Shown: piece by piece, positions 34,288-39,373 of the stretch
How positions within the stretch are numbered: the stretch's first letter is position 1
How the letters are laid out: every line of letters begins with the position of its first letter
Source of the DNA: an uncultured Acidimicrobiaceae bacterium
GTDB lineage: Bacteria > Actinomycetota > Acidimicrobiia > Acidimicrobiales > SZUA-35
Direction: 5' to 3'
Assembly (NCBI GenBank): GCA_964423455.1
Contig: CAYRFS010000002.1
Location: 1-39,373, forward strand
Length of the DNA: 39,373 bases
Program-made: the position numbers and the translations under genes
The notes under the pieces: generated by a model
Databases searched by the model: none
What the model saw: only the letters and a program-made list of their open reading frames with translations
What the model was told of the DNA's origin: nothing

Positions 34288-34968
34288 TCATCGGGCTGGC
34301 GGGATGGCGATCACCACGATGTTGGAGGCGTAGTGTCCGACCTCGGGATCGAAGGCGCCGCCGCAGGTGATGAGCACCAGGCGCTCGGGTGAGCTGGGGT
34401 TGAACAGGTCATCGATCGGCAGGTCGGCCTTGAGGTGGACGGCCACCCGGTCGACCTCGTACACGAGCTGGCGGCCGTCGCCGGAGGTCACGGTCGCCCT
34501 GTCCCCCGGCTCCAGTGAGGCCAGGTGGCGGAACACGCCATCCACCCCGTCGTAGGCCACGTGCCCGGCGAGCACGATCGAACCGGCTCCCGCCCCGGGG
34601 CGGGCACCGAACCGGTACCAGCCGACCTCGTGGGTGCCCGGTATCTGCAGGCCGCCGGCGGCGTCGAGGCCCACCGGCACCACCGGGGCACCGTCGACCC
34701 GCAGCGAGGGGATGGCCAACCCGACCGGGTCCGCCGTCTCGGGCGCCGCACCCGTTCCGGAGCCGGCGGGTGGGAGGGCCCGCACCGCTGACAGGTCGAA
34801 TGCTCCGCCCGCCCCCGGCTCGGGCGGCGGGGCCGTCACGCCGGCCGGCGGGGAATGGGCCAGTTCCATCAGCGGGAGGGGGTGGCGGCGGCTGGAGGCG
34901 GCGTCGTAGATCACGCCGGCCAGGGTCGCCGCCACCACCACGACCACCGCACGGATGGGGGCGGTCAA
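34288..34968 (-). CDS. Class F sortase
   Basis: N-terminal TM anchor, then GWYRFGARPGAGAGSIVLAGHV (catalytic His) and LVLITCGG (catalytic Cys, TLxTC-like). The ATG overlaps the upstream stop (ATGA). Confidence 0.85.
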   Translation of the reverse strand: MTAPIRAVVVVVAATLAGVIYDAASSRRHPLPLMELAHSPPAGVTAPPPEPGAGGAFDLSAVRALPPAGSGTGAAPETADPVGLAIPSLRVDGAPVVPVGLDAAGGLQIPGTHEVGWYRFGARPGAGAGSIVLAGHVAYDGVDGVFRHLASLEPGDRATVTSGDGRQLVYEVDRVAVHLKADLPIDDLFNPSSPERLVLITCGGAFDPEVGHYASNIVVIAIPPAR

Positions 34969-35786
34969 CGCCGCCGGCGGGCGGGACGGGCGCCGAGCAG
35001 GCCCGCGGCGACGACCCCCAGGGGAACCGCCAGCGCCCAGGCCGGGAGGCCACTGCCATCCCCGCCCGCCCCGGCCGAGTTGCCGGCGTCGACACCCATG
35101 GGGCGGGGCCCGAGACCGGGGATCGATTCGGTGGCCACCGCCATCGTGTTCCGCTCGATCGACCCCAGCCCGTAGACGATCACCGCTGCCCCCGCCTCCA
35201 GCGTCACCTCGGCCGGGCCCAGGATGGCAGGCCCGGCGCTGCCGGCCGGCACCAGCGAGGCGCTGACCGTGCCGGCTGGCAGGTCGGCCTGCGCCTCGCC
35301 GCCGTTGGCCAGGTTCTCGAACACGGCCTCGCCCGCCGCCACCACGTCGACCGGCGGGGCCGCCGCCAGGTGGCGCACGATCAGCCGGCTCTGCCCCGCC
35401 GGCAGAGGGCCCACGTCGTTGGAGAAGCTGGCCAGGCCCACCGAGCCGTCGATCTTGAGGTGGAGCACCACGGTCACGTTCTCCCCCGCCGGCAGCTCGA
35501 CATCGCCCGCCGCCAGCAGCACCTCACCGGTACCGGCCCGGGTGACCGTCACCGTCTCCAGCCGCGCCCCCAGAGCCGACAGGTCGTACGTGCCCCGGAA
35601 CCCGAGGCCGCGGACGGCGGGACGTCCGCCGATGGCCACATCCAACGAGGTGTCGGGCACCCCCTGGATCAGGTGGACCCGGGTGGGGGCGGCCCCGGCC
35701 GGAGACGGCCCTCCCACCAGGGGCGCCACCCCCACGAGCATCAGGCCCGCCACCGCCACGATCACCGCACGCATCCCACCGCTCAC
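34965..35786 (-). CDS. DUF4397-like secreted protein with a C-terminal TM segment and an Arg tail
   Basis: A signal peptide, then VHLIQGVPDTSLDVAIGG...VTVTRAGTGEVLLAAGDVELPAGENVTVVLH, with a second similar repeat. The C-terminus is GNSAGAGGDGSGLPAWALAVPLGVVAAGLLGARPARRRR. An alternative ATG lies at 35774. Confidence 0.7.
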   Translation of the reverse strand: MSGGMRAVIVAVAGLMLVGVAPLVGGPSPAGAAPTRVHLIQGVPDTSLDVAIGGRPAVRGLGFRGTYDLSALGARLETVTVTRAGTGEVLLAAGDVELPAGENVTVVLHLKIDGSVGLASFSNDVGPLPAGQSRLIVRHLAAAPPVDVVAAGEAVFENLANGGEAQADLPAGTVSASLVPAGSAGPAILGPAEVTLEAGAAVIVYGLGSIERNTMAVATESIPGLGPRPMGVDAGNSAGAGGDGSGLPAWALAVPLGVVAAGLLGARPARRRR

Positions 35787-35936
35787 GACGGCTCTTCATT
35801 CCTCCCCGGGCGCCACCCCAAACCGACCGACGACGATCGGGCGGGGTGGACCAGCCAGCCACACCGGAGCACCGGCCAGCTACACCGGGCAGCGCAGAGG
35901 TGAGAACCGGGCCCCGAGGGGGTAGCGGCGGGTCTC

Positions 35937-36581
35937 ATGGACGCCCCGTCCCACGACACGATCGACGCCCTGCTGGCCGAGCTGGTACCGACCACCAGGC
36001 TGGGCGAGCCGCCGGGCCACGACCTCCCCGGCCCACCGCTCGGCCCCCAACCGGACCGCCAGCCCGACCGGCGGCCGCCGCCGGGGCTGCGCCGCGGCCG
36101 CCCCCGGTGGCCTCTCCGGCTGGCCCTCACCGTGCTGGCCGCCGGCCTGGCCGCCGCCTTGTTCGCCGCCGGCATGGTGGTGGGCCGGCGCACGGCGGGC
36201 GGGCCAGGGGGCGAGGGGGCGGAGATCACCGGCCTCGGCTCCAGCCCAGGCGAGCCGTTCGGCACGGCCAGCCTCCACTCCGAAGCCGGCGACGCCGCCC
36301 AGACCGACCCCACCGGCCTGGTGGCCCGCTACCGGGACGAGCTGGCCGCCCGCGACCTGGACAGCTCGGGCCTGGGCGACGACGACCTCACCCGGTTCGG
36401 CTACGCCGCCTGCGTGTTCGCCGCCAGCTCCGCCAACCCGGCCGACTTCGCCCGGTTCCGGGCCGCCGCCGTGGCCGACGCCGACACCACCCTCACCGAC
36501 GCCGAGGTGGCGGTGGTGATCGACACCGCGGTGGCCGTCTTCTGCCCGGCTGACGCCCAGCGCCTGGGTATCACGGCCTGA
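35937..36581 (+). CDS. Membrane-anchored protein with a DUF732-like C-terminal domain
   Basis: A Pro/Arg-rich N-terminus and one TM helix (LALTVLAAGLAAALFAAGMVV). The C-terminal two-Cys pattern is FGYAACVFAASS...TDAEVAVVIDTAVAVFCP. Confidence 0.5.
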   Translation: MDAPSHDTIDALLAELVPTTRLGEPPGHDLPGPPLGPQPDRQPDRRPPPGLRRGRPRWPLRLALTVLAAGLAAALFAAGMVVGRRTAGGPGGEGAEITGLGSSPGEPFGTASLHSEAGDAAQTDPTGLVARYRDELAARDLDSSGLGDDDLTRFGYAACVFAASSANPADFARFRAAAVADADTTLTDAEVAVVIDTAVAVFCPADAQRLGITA

Positions 36582-36666
36582 GACCCCGACGCCGAGCAGC
36601 AGAGCGGGTGCCCCGGGGAGTTCTGGACTACAACTCTGGGAACCGACCGACGAACGGAGCACCCCC

Positions 36667-37830
36667 ATGGCCGTCACCGACCACTCCCCAGCCACCTCCG
36701 TCGCCGCGGTGGCGGCCGAGGCCGGCGCCCGTTCGGCCGAGATCGAGGATCTGCGGCGCCTGCCGACCGACCTGGTGGCCCGGCTGGTGGCCACCGGCGT
36801 GTTCAAGCTGTGGGTGCCCCGGGCCTACGGCGGGGCCGAGGCCCACATCACCACCCTGCTCGACGCCATCGAGACCTGCGCCTACCACGACGCCTCCACC
36901 GGCTGGTGCGTGATGATCGGCGGCTCCACCGGCCTCAACGCCGGCTTCCTCCCACCCGTTTGGGCCCAGGAGATCTACGGGCCGCCCGGCGCCATCACCG
37001 GCGGCTTCGGCATGCCGGCGGGCACGGCGGTGGCAGTGGAGGGCGGCTTGCGGGTCACCGGCCGCTGGGCCTGGGGCTCGGGCACCGACCACTGCACGAT
37101 GATCGGGGGCGGGGTGCGGGTGGTCGACGCCGCCGGCGCCCCGGCCGCCCTGCCCGACGGCACCCGGGCCCCGTTCGCCTACTTCTCCCTCGACGACGTG
37201 GAGCTGCTCGACACCTGGCACGTGGCCGGGCTCAAAGGCACCGCCTCCACCGACTACACGGTCACCGACGCCTTCGTCCCCCAGGGCCGGTGGGTCGAGT
37301 TCGTGAACGCCAAGGGCCCCCAGGTCGACAGCCCCCTCTACCGGTTCTCGTTCCTCGGCGCCCTGGGCATCGGGGTGGCGTCGGTGCTGGTGGGCCTCGG
37401 CCGGCGGGCCATCGACGAGCTGGTGGCCCTGGGGGGCAAGGTGCCGGTGGGCAGCTCGCGCACCCTGGCCGAACGGCCGACGGTGCAGGCCCAGATCGCC
37501 GAGGCCGACGCCGCCGTGCGCAGCTCCCGGTCGTTCCTGCGGGAGGTGGTGGACCAGTGCTGGGAGGCGGCGGCCACCGAGGGCCGGATGACGGGCGAGC
37601 ACCGCCGGCTGCTGCGCCTGGCCGCCTCCAACATGGCCGAGCGTTGCGCCCACGCCGTGGACCTGTGCTACCACGCCGCCGGCGGCAGCGCGGTGTACGA
37701 GACCAGCGCCCTCCAGCGGGTCTTCCGCGACACCCACGTGGCCACCCAGCACGGCATGATCGCCCCCCGCACGCTGGAGCCTCTGGGCCGCATGGTGTTC
37801 GGCCTGGAGACCGACACCCGCCAGCTCTGA
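36667..37830 (+). CDS. Acyl-CoA dehydrogenase family protein (flavin-dependent dehydrogenase/monooxygenase type)
   Basis: 387 aa with the ACAD layout: LPTDLVARLVATGVFKLWVPRAYGG, then GWCVMIGG, a middle beta-domain (GRWAWGSG), and a C-terminal helical domain with QRVFRDTHVATQH. Confidence 0.8.
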   Translation: MAVTDHSPATSVAAVAAEAGARSAEIEDLRRLPTDLVARLVATGVFKLWVPRAYGGAEAHITTLLDAIETCAYHDASTGWCVMIGGSTGLNAGFLPPVWAQEIYGPPGAITGGFGMPAGTAVAVEGGLRVTGRWAWGSGTDHCTMIGGGVRVVDAAGAPAALPDGTRAPFAYFSLDDVELLDTWHVAGLKGTASTDYTVTDAFVPQGRWVEFVNAKGPQVDSPLYRFSFLGALGIGVASVLVGLGRRAIDELVALGGKVPVGSSRTLAERPTVQAQIAEADAAVRSSRSFLREVVDQCWEAAATEGRMTGEHRRLLRLAASNMAERCAHAVDLCYHAAGGSAVYETSALQRVFRDTHVATQHGMIAPRTLEPLGRMVFGLETDTRQL

Positions 37831-37847
37831 ACCGGGTCTTGGCTCGG

Positions 37848-37873
37848 GTCCGGGGGGCCACACCCCCCCGGAC
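37848..37873. terminator. GC-rich hairpin between convergent genes (candidate bidirectional terminator)
   Basis: GUCCGGGGGG (37848-37857) pairs perfectly with CCCCCCGGAC (37864-37873) around the 6-nt loop CCACAC. It lies between the ACAD stop (37830) and the aqpZ stop (37888). There is no clear U tract. Confidence 0.45.
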
Positions 37874-37887
37874 CGCTGATCGGCGCC

Positions 37888-38667
37888 CTAGACAGCCGAC
37901 ATGGCCGCCACCGACGCCTCAACCTCGGCGTCGTTGTCGAGCGCCGCCTTGTGGATGAGGCCGCCCACGACGCCGCCCACGATCGGGGCCACCCAGAACA
38001 TCCACAGCTGGGTCAACGGTGTCGATGCGCCATCGCCGAACACGGCGGCCACCAGGGCCACCGCCGTGGACCGGGCCGGGTTGACGCTGGTGTTGCTGAT
38101 CGGGATCGACACCAGATGGATCAGCGTGAGCATCAGGCCGATGGCCAGCCCCCCCATCGCCGCCGACGCCGCCCGGGCGGTGGCCCCGAGTATGACGAGC
38201 AGGAACAGGGCGGTGAGCACCGCCTCGGCCACGAACACCGCCGCCAGCGAGTAACCGCCGGGCGAGAAGTCGCCGTAGCCGTTGGTGGCGAACGTGCCGG
38301 CCACGTCGGTGATGTCGAATCCCGACTGACCGCTCTTCACCCCGTACAGGATCAACGCCCCGCCGAGGCCTCCCAGCACCTGGGCCACGATGTACTGCAC
38401 CGCCCGGGCCCCGGGGAACTTCCCGGCCGCCACGAGCCCCAGCGTCACCGCCGGATTGAAGTGTCCGCCCGACACGTGGCCCAGGGCGTAGGCCCCGGTG
38501 ACCACGGTGAGGCCGAACGCCAGGCTCACCCCCAGCAGGCCGATGCCCAGATCGACCTCCGGCGTCCCGCCCATGAACTGGGCGGCGAACACGGCCGACC
38601 CGCACCCTCCCAACACAAGCCACAACGTGCCGATGAACTCGGCGGTCAGCTCCCGGTATGCCTTCAT
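37888..38667 (-). CDS. aqpZ: Aquaporin Z
   Basis: [29 protein letters not shown] and two NPA boxes ([18 protein letters not shown]). The ATG at 38667 has GGAG 8 nt upstream. An alternative ATG lies at 38682. Confidence 0.9.
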   Translation of the reverse strand: MKAYRELTAEFIGTLWLVLGGCGSAVFAAQFMGGTPEVDLGIGLLGVSLAFGLTVVTGAYALGHVSGGHFNPAVTLGLVAAGKFPGARAVQYIVAQVLGGLGGALILYGVKSGQSGFDITDVAGTFATNGYGDFSPGGYSLAAVFVAEAVLTALFLLVILGATARAASAAMGGLAIGLMLTLIHLVSIPISNTSVNPARSTAVALVAAVFGDGASTPLTQLWMFWVAPIVGGVVGGLIHKAALDNDAEVEASVAAMSAV

Positions 38668-38836
38668 CGCCTGTACTCCCATGTCTCGCCCAATAGGGCC
38701 CGATGGCAGCGCCAACGAGCAGAAGCCGGGCGGCGGCCCGACGACCCCCAGCGCCGAGCTTCCAGGCGTCACCCTAGGCGAAAACGGCCGTCGGCGCCGG
38801 TGAACACCTGGTGGCCATCAGACGATCGGGCGGCGA

Positions 38837-39373
38837 TCAGGCGATCTCGATCCGGCCGCCGGGGGTGTCGACCACGGCCACCAGCCGGGCCGCCGACGCC
38901 TCGGCCGTGACGATCCCCAGCCCCAGGCCCTCCACCATGGAGCGCACGGCGTGGTCGGGGTGCTCCACCCGCAGCTCCACCAGCGCCCCCATCGACGGCA
39001 GCGACCGGGCCGGGCTGGGGCCGGCCCCCCAGTCGATCACGAAGGGCATGGCCGCCGGGGCGGTGGCGAACGGAGCCAGGGTGAGCCGCCACCGCAGCTC
39101 CTCACCGTCGGGCTTGACCCGGCTCATGGCGGTGACGGGGCCGGGGTCGTGACCCAACGCCCGCAGCCGGTCCACCACCTCCTCGATCGTCTCCCCCGGG
39201 GCCGGGTGCAGGGCGTAGCCGGCGAGGCGGGGCGGGCTGCCCTCGTCGATCCCGAAGGGGCGGGGCCGGGCGGGCTCGCCCTGGTCGGTGTCGACCCCGA
39301 TCACCTCGAAGTAGGTGGTCTCGTCGAACGTGAGCAGGTGGTTGCGGGTCCCCACCCCGCGGTGGGGACCACC
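38837..39373 (-). CDS. VOC / glyoxalase-like domain protein, partial (the 5' end is beyond the window)
   Basis: GTRNHLLTFDETTYFEVIGVD...MPFVIDWG...LVELRVEHPD resembles the glyoxalase-like (Glyoxalase_3) pattern. The frame stays open to the window edge. Confidence 0.55.
   Translation of the reverse strand, partial: GGPHRGVGTRNHLLTFDETTYFEVIGVDTDQGEPARPRPFGIDEGSPPRLAGYALHPAPGETIEEVVDRLRALGHDPGPVTAMSRVKPDGEELRWRLTLAPFATAPAAMPFVIDWGAGPSPARSLPSMGALVELRVEHPDHAVRSMVEGLGLGIVTAEASAARLVAVVDTPGGRIEIA

Noticed and set aside
16775-39373. A direct repeat of the tRNA-Arg 3' end (attR) that would delimit the island
   Set aside because: Visual scanning found only short partial matches, for example tatcgggg near 27649. 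I could not locate a convincing repeat of 15 nt or more, so no att site is claimed.

Overview
A high-GC (about 65-70%) chromosomal window, Actinomycetota-like by inference. It carries the conserved housekeeping block argS-lysA ... hom-thrC-rho-rpmE, all on the minus strand. That block is interrupted between lysA and hom by about 7.3 kb holding seven genes: an ECF sigma factor with a coupled membrane partner, a Zn alcohol dehydrogenase, an alpha/beta hydrolase, and a plus-strand pair of paralogous genes of unknown function.

The first gene of that pair is the main finding. It reads through an in-frame TGA that sits inside a C-U-G-S-C motif, and a SECIS-like hairpin follows immediately. I read it as a selenoprotein, a UGSC-type redox domain fused to an uncharacterised domain, rather than as two separate ORFs.

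A tRNA-Arg(CCG) gene lies divergent from argS. Directly downstream is a degraded IS4/IS5-type transposase, followed by about 15 kb of mosaic, lower-GC accessory DNA:
- a Kelch-like lipoprotein;
- a GNAT/YjbR/PPOX triad with a divergent CGNR regulator;
- a SARP regulator next to a PAP2/vanadium-haloperoxidase-like protein and a methyltransferase;
- several gene remnants (MmyB-like regulator, cytochrome P450, cyclase/ATPase);
- a secreted protein whose predicted mature N-terminus is Cys-Thr-Cys, resembling TIMP/NTR modules.

The right end holds an EAL-HDOD protein, an SDR, a coupled DUF4397/class F sortase pair, a DUF732-like protein, an acyl-CoA dehydrogenase family protein, aquaporin Z and a partial VOC-family gene.

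I saw no CRISPR array, rRNA gene or intact mobile element. All family assignments come from reading the translated ORFs for motifs; no database search was possible.
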